A stretch of 39,620 nt of DNA, taken from the IMG/VR virus record IMGVR_UViG_3300045988_070014, positions 1 to 39,620 of that record. One strand, written 5' to 3'. The notes beneath the pieces were generated by a model. It ran no database searches. It saw nothing but the letters and a program-made list of their open reading frames with translations, and was not told where the DNA came from. The stretch's first letter is position 1, and each line of letters starts with the position of its first letter. Below, in pieces: positions 1-6,333 of this stretch. This DNA is from a virus. The position numbers were made by a program, and so were the translations under genes.

Positions 1-119
1 AAAGTAGCATAAGAACTTGTTATTCTTCCAATAGAATCAGAAACATCTAATTGAAATAATGCGTAGCCCTCTTTATTGAAAGCACTATTTTTAAGTTTAA
101 CAGTAACTTCACCTTTTCT
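1..119. repeat. Exact overlap with 39502-39620 (circular closure or terminal redundancy of the assembly)
   Basis: The first 119 nt (aaagtagcataagaacttgt...caccttttct) are identical to the last 119 nt. Unit length is 39,501 bp. Confidence 0.97.
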
Positions 120-335
120 CGCATTAGTTGGAGTTATTTGGTTAGTTTGTTCTACTAAAGTCCCATCTATACGCCTTACATAAACCTTTATAGTCTGACC
201 GGATAGGTCTTTAGGTGTCTTATTTTCAGTTACAACTATATTTAATTCTACATTATCCTCTTGATTTATCCCCTCAACCGGTACTGGATTTCTTATCATA
301 GTATCAATAGTTAAAGGTATGTTTTTAAATGCCAT
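1..335 (-). CDS. N-terminal part of a 767-aa BppU-N / SGNH-esterase virion protein (continues at 39501 across the junction)
   Basis: ATG at 335 follows aaggaagtgaagaa. Translation is MAFKNIPLTIDTMIRNPVPVEGINQEDNVELNIVVTENKTPKDLSGQTIKVYV..., matching the BppU N-terminal Ig-like pattern. 335+1969 nt is in frame with 37533-39501. Confidence 0.85.
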   Translation of the reverse strand, partial: MAFKNIPLTIDTMIRNPVPVEGINQEDNVELNIVVTENKTPKDLSGQTIKVYVRRIDGTLVEQTNQITPTNARKGEVTVKLKNSAFNKEGYALFQLDVSDSIGRITSSYAT

Positions 336-358
336 TTCTTCACTTCCTTTCTATCTAA

Positions 359-367
359 ATTATATCA
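359..367 (-). promoter_or_regulatory. Extended -10 promoter (TGATATAAT) upstream of the BppU-N/SGNH gene
   Basis: The minus strand reads tatGATATAAT about 20 nt upstream of the RBS. No good -35 element. Confidence 0.4.
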
Positions 368-371
368 TATA

Positions 372-400
372 AAAGAAAAAGACGACAATATTTTGTCGCC
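372..400 (-). terminator. Rho-independent terminator after the capsid gene
   Basis: Minus strand GGCGACAA-AAUA-UUGUCGUC (8-bp stem) followed by UUUUUCUUUU. Confidence 0.75.
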
Positions 401-472
401 TATTCCGTGTCTTGCTTTGCCCTTCTAGTTCTTTTCTTCGGCTTTTCTTCACTCAAAGAAGCAAGGGCTAGG

Positions 473-1303
473 TTAGGGGTTTGTTTTTTTTAAACAAACT
501 AAAGCATCCGGGTAAATTACTTTACAACCAAAGACATTAAGTCCTTTGACTGCATCAGCAAATCTCTTTTCCATTCTGTAAGCTTCTGTTTGTACTATTT
601 GTTCAGCAAATGTACAAGCCATTTTAACTCCCGCTATAGCACCGTTACCATTAGTTAAAGAATCAATATTGTTAGATAGATATACATCCATTCCTAATAT
701 TTGACCAACTAATCCATTTTTAAGTATTCCTTCTGCCATAGCTCCGCCAGTAGCTACAAATCTATCTTCTTGTAATAATAAAGCGTGTGTTTCCGGTGAG
801 ATTATTAAAAATCTTCCTACTGTCGGAACGTTAGCTTTATCTAGTTTTAATTTAACCCCTACTAATTCTTTATAAATGTTTGTTGGGTCAAGGGTTGCTT
901 CTGGTACGATTTTATGTGTAGCATCTGTGTCTATAGCTTGTAATAAAACTTTTTCTGTTTCTTCCGCTAAAGCATATGCTGCTCTTTGCATCGCCGCGTC
1001 CATTAATGGAGTTCTAACCTGTGCTGCATCAACATCATCAATTTGAAAATTAAAATATTTTTGCTTATCTATAGTTAAAACTTTTTCAGTTGTTGATAAC
1101 TCTTGTGGGTCGTCTATATCTGTATTCTTAGTATAATCACTAACAGTTATAGCTCCTATTTGGTTAATCTTAACTGTATCTCCATATGCTTTTATTTCGC
1201 CCTCATAATCCCTATTTACTAAGTTAGCAACTACATGAGCTTTGTCTAAATGTGCTAACAATCTAGCACTCCATAACTTAGGTATAAAACTTGTTACTGC
1301 CAT
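473..1303 (-). CDS. Major capsid protein (HK97 fold; resembles the short P22-coat/gp5-like family of Firmicute phages)
   Basis: 276 aa. N-terminus MAVTSFIPKLWSARLL..LVNRDYEGEIKAYGDTVKIN is typical of this capsid family. It lies directly downstream of the scaffold gene. Confidence 0.85.
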   Translation of the reverse strand: MAVTSFIPKLWSARLLAHLDKAHVVANLVNRDYEGEIKAYGDTVKINQIGAITVSDYTKNTDIDDPQELSTTEKVLTIDKQKYFNFQIDDVDAAQVRTPLMDAAMQRAAYALAEETEKVLLQAIDTDATHKIVPEATLDPTNIYKELVGVKLKLDKANVPTVGRFLIISPETHALLLQEDRFVATGGAMAEGILKNGLVGQILGMDVYLSNNIDSLTNGNGAIAGVKMACTFAEQIVQTEAYRMEKRFADAVKGLNVFGCKVIYPDALVCLKKTNP

Positions 1304-1325
1304 CTACTTACCTTCTTTCTTTTAA

Positions 1326-1916
1326 TTATTTTTGTAAACTAGCGCTTATTGAATCCCAATTAGCGTTAATCTCTTCTGTAGTCATGTTATTTATTTGTTC
1401 CGTTGTAAAGTGTGTTTGTGCTTGTCTTGGTGGTTGTACTGAACCTAAACCACTAACACTCTCTTTCTTTATAAAATCAGAATAATTTTCCTTTAACGGA
1501 TTAACTATGTTATCCCAATCTTTTATAGTATTATTTTCAATTTCTAAAGTTTCTAAGTCTATTTCTTTAGTTAACAACTTTAGTATTTTTTCGTTGAATC
1601 CTTCTTTTTTTAGTTGTTCGGTTAATAAACCTCTCTTCTGTTCATTACTTTTTTCAACTTCTATGTTATTTTTATATATGTCAAATTCACTTTGTAAAGC
1701 TTCATATTTACTCTTATACTCGTCAGTATTTGAGTTCTCAATCTTAGCTTCTAAATCTGCAATAGTGTTATTAAGTTCATCTATAGCACCAACTTTCTTA
1801 TTGTACTGTTGCTTAGAAACGAACTCCTTAGGGATTTCTGCTTTTATAGTGTCTGCTATGGTGTCCACTAACTCACCTTCTAATCCACACCTTTTTAATA
1901 TTGCTTTTAAATCCAT
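1326..1916 (-). CDS. Scaffolding protein (phage GP20-like)
   Basis: 196 aa, helical and charged. The MDLKAILK..ELVDTIADTIKAEIPKEFVSKQQYNKK pattern and the position before the capsid gene support the call. Confidence 0.8.
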   Translation of the reverse strand: MDLKAILKRCGLEGELVDTIADTIKAEIPKEFVSKQQYNKKVGAIDELNNTIADLEAKIENSNTDEYKSKYEALQSEFDIYKNNIEVEKSNEQKRGLLTEQLKKEGFNEKILKLLTKEIDLETLEIENNTIKDWDNIVNPLKENYSDFIKKESVSGLGSVQPPRQAQTHFTTEQINNMTTEEINANWDSISASLQK

Positions 1917-1968
1917 TTATATTCCTCCTTTACGTTTTTATAGAGTTGTAAGCTCTTAGGATAATTTA

Positions 1969-1998
1969 ATTATATCAAATACGTTATGAATTTGTAAA
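1969..1998 (-). promoter_or_regulatory. Sigma-A type promoter for the scaffold/capsid operon
   Basis: Minus strand TTTACA-N18-TATAAT with an extended -10 (TGATATAAT), about 50 nt upstream of the scaffold ATG. Confidence 0.6.
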
Positions 1999-2004
1999 GT
2001 GCAT

Positions 2005-2031
2005 AAAAAAGACGTTCTTAATTAGAACGCC
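2005..2031 (-). terminator. Rho-independent terminator
   Basis: Minus strand CGUUCU-AAUUA-AGAACG stem-loop followed by UCUUUUUU. Confidence 0.65.
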
Positions 2032-2069
2032 ATTTTGCAAAACACTTTATCGTTTGGAGGTATTTTTGT
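2005..2069 (-). ncRNA. Candidate small RNA of about 65 nt (promoter-to-terminator unit)
   Basis: A perfect consensus promoter at 2076-2104 is followed within about 65 nt by the terminator. No ORF is present. The predicted RNA contains UACCUCCAAAC (anti-SD-like). Confidence 0.35.
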
Positions 2070-2075
2070 ACTTAT

Positions 2076-2104
2076 ATTATATCAAAAATAGGTTTGGTTG
2101 TCAA
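2076..2104 (-). promoter_or_regulatory. Consensus sigma-A promoter
   Basis: Minus strand TTGACA-N17-TATAAT with an extended -10 (ttTGATATAAT). Confidence 0.7.
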
Positions 2105-2164
2105 GAATTTTCGTGAGGAGGCAACCTCCTTCACTCTCCCTTTGTAACAAAATAAAAATCTAAG

Positions 2165-2530
2165 TTACTACATTTACTACAAAAACTACACTAATTTCTA
2201 TATAGCAAATATTTATAAAAAAATATATATATAATTTATTATTATAAATAAACTCTTGAAAATAAATGTAGTAAATGTAGTAAATATATATAAAGCTAGT
2301 GATACCAACGGTTTGAAGGGGTTACAAAAATGTAGTAAAAGTGTAGTAAAAAATGTAGTAACCATAAAAATGTAGTAAAGTAATTAATAATATATGAATG
2401 AGTTTTAACAGTTTATCGATAAGTTTTATCATTAAAAATGTAGTAAACTACAAAAATGTAACCGCAAAATGTAGTAAAAATGTAGTATTACTACATAAAA
2501 ATGTAGTAACTGAATCCGAAAATGTAGTAA
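2165..2530. repeat. Iteron array 1 (putative origin / initiator-binding array)
   Basis: 10 forward TGTAGTAA copies (mostly as AAAATGTAGTAA) and 3 inverted TTACTACA copies. An AT-rich tract (aaatatatatataatttattattataaataaa) lies between the inverted and direct sets. The array is immediately 3' of the VapE gene. Confidence 0.85.
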
Positions 2531-2536
2531 TTGAAA

Positions 2537-2564
2537 ATAAAAAAAAGACAGTAAAAATACTGCC
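2537..2564 (-). terminator. Rho-independent terminator after the VapE gene
   Basis: Minus strand GGCAGUA-UUUU-UACUGUC followed by UUUUUUUUAUUUU. Confidence 0.75.
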
Positions 2565-2569
2565 TTAGT

Positions 2570-3853
2570 TTATTCCCAGTAATCTCTTATAAATGGTATT
2601 TTGTAACCACGAATTGATTTACCATCAACTTTATATGGTTGGTTAGGTATTCCTCTCCTCATAAGCTCATTAGCAAGTGCTTTCTTTTCTTTTATATTAA
2701 GCTTTTCAGCTATTTCTGTAAGCTTGTACACTCTCAAGTCGTTACTTTCCCAGTCTACTTTATCATCTAATATGATTGATATATCTGTTTGAGCATTAAA
2801 TTGTCTATTAATTATTTTTTGTTTCGCTTCTTCCTCTTTGGTCAACCAATCGATACTATAATTAGTCAACCACATATCGTATACTGCGCCCCAAAACTCA
2901 AACATATTGAAATTGTCAAACTCTTCTATATTACAAGATTTAACAGGAATTACCCAAAACCTTCTTGAACCTGTTTCGTCTTTTAAGAAATCTTTTTTAT
3001 TAACATTAGCAATATAACTTGTTAGCCTTGGATATATTTCAGCGACACGACCAAACGGAACTCTATATTCATCAGTTGTATTAGTTAAAAACTGCTTAAT
3101 TTTACCTTGGTCAGCTTTTAAAGTTGTATCTAATTCTGCTAACTCAACAAGAATATATTTAGTATTTTGAATCACGCTATCAGTTTTATCAGGGTCTAAA
3201 GATACTCCATCTTTGAACAAGTCATTAAGCGGCATTAATTTACGTGCAAACGTTGATTTACGGCATCCCTGTTCCCCTTGAAGTGTTAATACTCCATTAG
3301 AACTATAACGGTTTTCTAGCTCATTGTGAGCCATTTTAACAACATTTAGAAGCCATTTATAAAACAAAGTGAAATAATACTCCGCATCTTCTAAAGCATC
3401 ATCTTGAAGCGTTAAACACTTTTCAAACACATCAAGCACTATATCGTGATTATTATTTCTATACTTCTTCAACATATCTACAAAGGGGTTTATTTCTTTT
3501 CTATTAGCTATATCAATTAAATATTCGTCGCATACCGCCCTATTAAGATTTAAACCTTCTTTCACTTGTAAATCATATACAAATGTCAGCATCTCACCTC
3601 TTTTTTTAAACTTTCTGCCTTCCATTTGTAAAGTTAATTCATGAGTTATCTTATTCATAACTGGATTTATTCCATAATGATTTAACAAATATTCTAAATT
3701 TGCCATTGTCTTTATTGGAACTGTTCCGCCATCTTTTAAATACTTAACCTCCGGAAATTGTATAAGAGAAACGTTGCTCTTTTTATTCTTAACATCATTA
3801 ATTGAAAAAACTTTTTTAGTGTTTTGCATTTTAATATCCTCCTTATTTACCAT
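2570..3853 (-). CDS. VapE / D5-like replicative helicase-initiator (virulence-associated protein E family)
   Basis: 427 aa. P-loop-like LTLQGEQGCRKSTFARKL and ...GSRRFWVIPV are typical of the VapE family. The more likely start is ATG at 3829 (MQNTKK) after aaggagg. Confidence 0.8.
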   Translation of the reverse strand: MVNKEDIKMQNTKKVFSINDVKNKKSNVSLIQFPEVKYLKDGGTVPIKTMANLEYLLNHYGINPVMNKITHELTLQMEGRKFKKRGEMLTFVYDLQVKEGLNLNRAVCDEYLIDIANRKEINPFVDMLKKYRNNNHDIVLDVFEKCLTLQDDALEDAEYYFTLFYKWLLNVVKMAHNELENRYSSNGVLTLQGEQGCRKSTFARKLMPLNDLFKDGVSLDPDKTDSVIQNTKYILVELAELDTTLKADQGKIKQFLTNTTDEYRVPFGRVAEIYPRLTSYIANVNKKDFLKDETGSRRFWVIPVKSCNIEEFDNFNMFEFWGAVYDMWLTNYSIDWLTKEEEAKQKIINRQFNAQTDISIILDDKVDWESNDLRVYKLTEIAEKLNIKEKKALANELMRRGIPNQPYKVDGKSIRGYKIPFIRDYWE

Positions 3854-3971
3854 TAACTATTTCCATTATAGCGATATGAATAGGTTTTTCACCTCTCCAA
3901 TTATCAAACGCTTTTTTCTCTTTTTCAGTAAGATAGAATTTAACTTGTTTACTTCTCTTACGATTTTTCAT
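3843..3971 (-). CDS. Small ribbon-helix-helix-like protein (42 aa)
   Basis: RBS gaggtg then ATG. Sequence is MKNRKRSKQVKFYLTEKEKKAFDNWRGEKPIHIAIMEIVNGK. The basic N-terminus plus KxVxFxLTxxE resembles an RHH beta-strand. It overlaps the VapE start. Confidence 0.5.
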   Translation of the reverse strand: MKNRKRSKQVKFYLTEKEKKAFDNWRGEKPIHIAIMEIVNGK

Positions 3972-3991
3972 ATTATCACCTCGCAAGACAA

Positions 3992-4020
3992 TAATAACAT
4001 AGTGGGTACACACTTGTAAA
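3992..4020 (-). promoter_or_regulatory. Possible promoter for the RHH/VapE unit (divergent from 4036-4064)
   Basis: Minus strand TTTACA-N17-TTATTA. Confidence 0.35.
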
Positions 4021-4035
4021 GTATTTTTTTATTTA

Positions 4036-4064
4036 TTGACAAAATAATTAAGTAAGTGTATAAT
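4036..4064 (+). promoter_or_regulatory. Conserved-family sigma-A promoter (the only plus-strand copy)
   Basis: TTGACAaaataattaagtaagtgTATAAT (N17), 32 nt upstream of the 4096 ATG. Confidence 0.7.
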
Positions 4065-4095
4065 TAACTTATAAATATTCTTAGGAGGTATTATT

Positions 4096-4374
4096 ATGAA
4101 AGATTATAATTTATATTTAAGTATGAAAGATATAGAAAGATATTCGGATATAGATGAATTTGTTTACAACGAATTGTCTACTGAAAAAACTATAAGGATA
4201 AATTCTATTGGTGATTGGGATGAAGGAGTTGTTTCTGTAAGAGTTGATATATTAGAATTAGAAGCTATCGAAGTTATTTCAAACGCTATAGATGACAATA
4301 TTTTAATAGGTTTCGATTACTTGGGCGGCATAGATACTATAAATTCATTAGGTTTATCAACTTGTTCAAGATAG
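4096..4374 (+). CDS. Hypothetical acidic protein (92 aa)
   Basis: Strong RBS (taggaggt) and its own promoter. The sequence is rich in D/E. Confidence 0.6.
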   Translation: MKDYNLYLSMKDIERYSDIDEFVYNELSTEKTIRINSIGDWDEGVVSVRVDILELEAIEVISNAIDDNILIGFDYLGGIDTINSLGLSTCSR

Positions 4375-4385
4375 GAGGTATTATC

Positions 4386-4598
4386 ATGGGTAGATTTATA
4401 TGTGAAGCTATTCCTTATAACGGATTTAAGGAGAGAATTAAAATATGTAAGGAACTACAAAGGAAAAGAATGAGATTCAGCATAGAAGGAAATATTATAT
4501 TTGTTTATTATAGGAGGGTTGACCTTCTCTTTTTTTTTATGCGATTAAAACAAAAAAAGAAGAGGATTAACCTCTTCGAACATCAAAGAAACTTATAG
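4386..4598 (+). CDS. Hypothetical basic protein (about 70 aa); coding status uncertain
   Basis: Strong RBS taggaggtattatcATG. However, a plus-strand terminator at 4512-4538 lies inside the ORF. Confidence 0.3.
   Translation: MGRFICEAIPYNGFKERIKICKELQRKRMRFSIEGNIIFVYYRRVDLLFFFMRLKQKKKRINLFEHQRNL
4512..4538 (+). terminator. Rho-independent terminator for the plus-strand unit
   Basis: AGGAGG-guuga-CCUUCU stem (one G-U pair) followed by CUUUUUUUUU. Confidence 0.6.
4550..4577 (-). terminator. Rho-independent terminator for the minus-strand small-gene unit
   Basis: Minus strand GAAGAGG-UUAAU-CCUCUUC followed by UUUUUUUG. It overlaps the stop of 4567-4749. Confidence 0.65.
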
Positions 4599-4749
4599 GA
4601 TATAAATTACTTTGATAGCTGTTTATTTCAGTTCCTAAGACACGACAAACATCTTCTGTTTCATAATGCACTAACCAATACTTCTTATCTTTTTCCAATA
4701 TTTTTCTATCAAACTCATCTATCAGGGTCACTTTGCTTCTAATCCACAT
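4567..4749 (-). CDS. Hypothetical protein (60 aa)
   Basis: The aggagg RBS overlaps the end of the upstream small ORF. Translationally coupled arrangement. Confidence 0.5.
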   Translation of the reverse strand: MWIRSKVTLIDEFDRKILEKDKKYWLVHYETEDVCRVLGTEINSYQSNLYPISFFDVRRG

Positions 4750-4758
4750 AAAAACCTC

Positions 4759-4896
4759 CTAAAATCCAAACCAATTAGGTAAATTATAAAACCAATCAGC
4801 TATAAAAGCACCTATAAACGCTATAGTAACAACTAATATTGGTGCTACAACTGTAAAAAACATATTTCTTAAAAACTTTCTATAATTCCATTTCAT
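4759..4896 (-). CDS. Small hydrophobic membrane peptide (45 aa)
   Basis: RBS ggaggt then ATG. Sequence is MKWNYRKFLRNMFFTVVAPILVVTIAFIGAFIADWFYNLPNWFGF, with a single TM helix. Not in the ORF track because it is under 60 aa. Confidence 0.5.
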   Translation of the reverse strand: MKWNYRKFLRNMFFTVVAPILVVTIAFIGAFIADWFYNLPNWFGF

Positions 4897-4928
4897 AATT
4901 AATACCTCCAAATATTTGCTATACCTAA

Positions 4929-4956
4929 ATTATAGCATACTTAATTATATTGTCAA
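4929..4956 (-). promoter_or_regulatory. Conserved-family sigma-A promoter
   Basis: Minus strand TTGACAatataattaagtatgcTATAAT. Confidence 0.7.
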
Positions 4957-4960
4957 CAAT

Positions 4961-4991
4961 AAAATAAAAAAAGAGAGGATTTTTTCCTCTC
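4961..4991 (-). terminator. Rho-independent terminator after the head-gene block
   Basis: Minus strand GAGAGGA-AAAAA-UCCUCUC followed by UUUUUUUAUUUU. Confidence 0.8.
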
Positions 4992-5067
4992 GTCTTAGGG
5001 GTGAGTATATTTTATCAAAGGAGAATTTCATGTCCAACTATATTATACTAAATAGCAATATAAATTG

Positions 5068-5421
5068 TCAACCTTTTAGAATCTGTTCAACTAACTTTTC
5101 GTAATCTTCTCTATAATCCATTATAGCAGGTTTAAGCGTTGGTCTTGCAGGTTGTCTACTCGTCCCATTTTCAAGAAAAATCGAATACGAAAGCGGTGAA
5201 CCTATCACTACTTTATTCTTATCTGCATACCATTGTGTACTGTTTCTAAACCTTCCAGTATCAACAACTTTTTTAGCAGTGATTATCTTTTGCCAAACCG
5301 AAACTATTTTCGTCCCTAAAGCTATAGCGATTTTATTCCCTCTATTCCCCATTTCTTGTTTAAATACGTTGGCGTTATTTTCAAAATTTATTTTCATTTC
5401 TTTTTCTTCCTTTCTTGCCAT
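5068..5421 (-). CDS. HK97 gp10-like tail/neck component
   Basis: The ..VDTGRFRNS..IGSPLSYSIFLENGTSRQPARP.. pattern is typical of the gp10 family. The likely start is 5397 (ATGA overlap with the upstream stop). Confidence 0.7.
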   Translation of the reverse strand: MARKEEKEMKINFENNANVFKQEMGNRGNKIAIALGTKIVSVWQKIITAKKVVDTGRFRNSTQWYADKNKVVIGSPLSYSIFLENGTSRQPARPTLKPAIMDYREDYEKLVEQILKG

Positions 5422-6293
5422 TCTTCAAAACTCATTTTTCTAAGTTTTTCATCAAGTTCTTTTTCTTTTTCTCCTTTTTCGAAACCTATAAATTCAGTAG
5501 TCATAGTACATCTACAACGGATTACTTCACTTGCTCCACCGTTTGGGTCGCCCGGGTACATTAAACCATTACTAAAAAGCTTATCCAAGTCAACTATCTC
5601 GCCGTTAACTCTCTGATGCGTTTCTCTCGTCCTCTTATCCATTGTAGCCAACCATGATTTTTGAATCTTTAATCCTTGTTTTTCTGCAAACTTATAACTA
5701 TCTAATCTACCTACATTTTCTATTCTAGTCGTTTCGGTTCTAGCAATTCTAAGAGAATCATTATAGTTCTTTTCAGTTATCTTTTTAATTCTTGAAGCTA
5801 TCTTTTGCATGCTTTCTCCCTGTAAAAGTCCACTAGCAAGCGCTTTCTTTAATTCCTTATACAAAGCAGTCTTATCTGTTAAATCATCAATAGCCATCAA
5901 AGTAAACGGGTTTATCTCTTCTTTTAATAACAACTTAATAGCGTTTCTATTATAAAGAGTATATCCTATATCTTTAGCAACTGCTTTTTCTACCTCATAA
6001 GCACCCCAGTTATAATTTAAAGAATAAATATCTATCATATCATCGTTCATGATATCCATAGCGACCTTATTGGCATTATTAACAACTAGTGACATTTCTC
6101 TTATAATGGCTTCTAAACGTTTTTTCTGTTGCAATTGATTATATATCTGTTGTGGTTCTTTAGTAGTGTCTATTCGGCTTATAAGGGTATTTAATTTACT
6201 TTTTAATCCCCTTAAAGCATCAGAATATAATTCCTCAATATTCTTTTCTAGCTTAGCAAGGATTTTATCAGTTTCTTTATGTGCTTTATCCAT
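5394..6293 (-). CDS. Minor head protein (Mu F / SPP1 gp7-like)
   Basis: 299 aa, directly after the portal gene. The ...RIARTETTRIENVG...SWLATMDKRTRETH...CRC pattern is typical of Phage_Mu_F. Confidence 0.8.
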   Translation of the reverse strand: MDKAHKETDKILAKLEKNIEELYSDALRGLKSKLNTLISRIDTTKEPQQIYNQLQQKKRLEAIIREMSLVVNNANKVAMDIMNDDMIDIYSLNYNWGAYEVEKAVAKDIGYTLYNRNAIKLLLKEEINPFTLMAIDDLTDKTALYKELKKALASGLLQGESMQKIASRIKKITEKNYNDSLRIARTETTRIENVGRLDSYKFAEKQGLKIQKSWLATMDKRTRETHQRVNGEIVDLDKLFSNGLMYPGDPNGGASEVIRCRCTMTTEFIGFEKGEKEKELDEKLRKMSFEEWQERKKKK

Positions 6294-6333
6294 AATATCA
6301 CCTCTCTTTAATTATACTAAAAAAGAGATAGCA

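Noticed and set aside
401-472. A GC-richer segment with GCCCUU...AAGGGC pairing and a duplicated GAAGAAAAG motif in the capsid 3' UTR.
   Set aside because: The pairings are short and I could not define a convincing conserved structure by eye. It is probably just a stabilising 3' UTR element upstream of the real terminator at 372-400.
2165-2530. Could the TGTAGTAA repeat arrays (also 17595-17917) be CRISPR arrays?
   Set aside because: The repeat unit is only 8-9 bp. Spacing is irregular (0 to about 60 bp) and some copies are inverted. No cas genes or leader-like organisation are present. An iteron or protein-binding array fits better.
4992-5104. Minus-strand promoter-like TTGACA-N18-TATAAT (5042-5071) running into the 4961-4991 terminator as a second candidate sRNA. 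On the plus strand, an aaaggag-preceded 24-codon ORF (5030-5104).
   Set aside because: The promoter-like element overlaps the 3' end of the gp10-like CDS and has an 18-nt spacer without the family spacer. The plus-strand mini-ORF has no convincing promoter and a non-descript product. The evidence is too weak either way.
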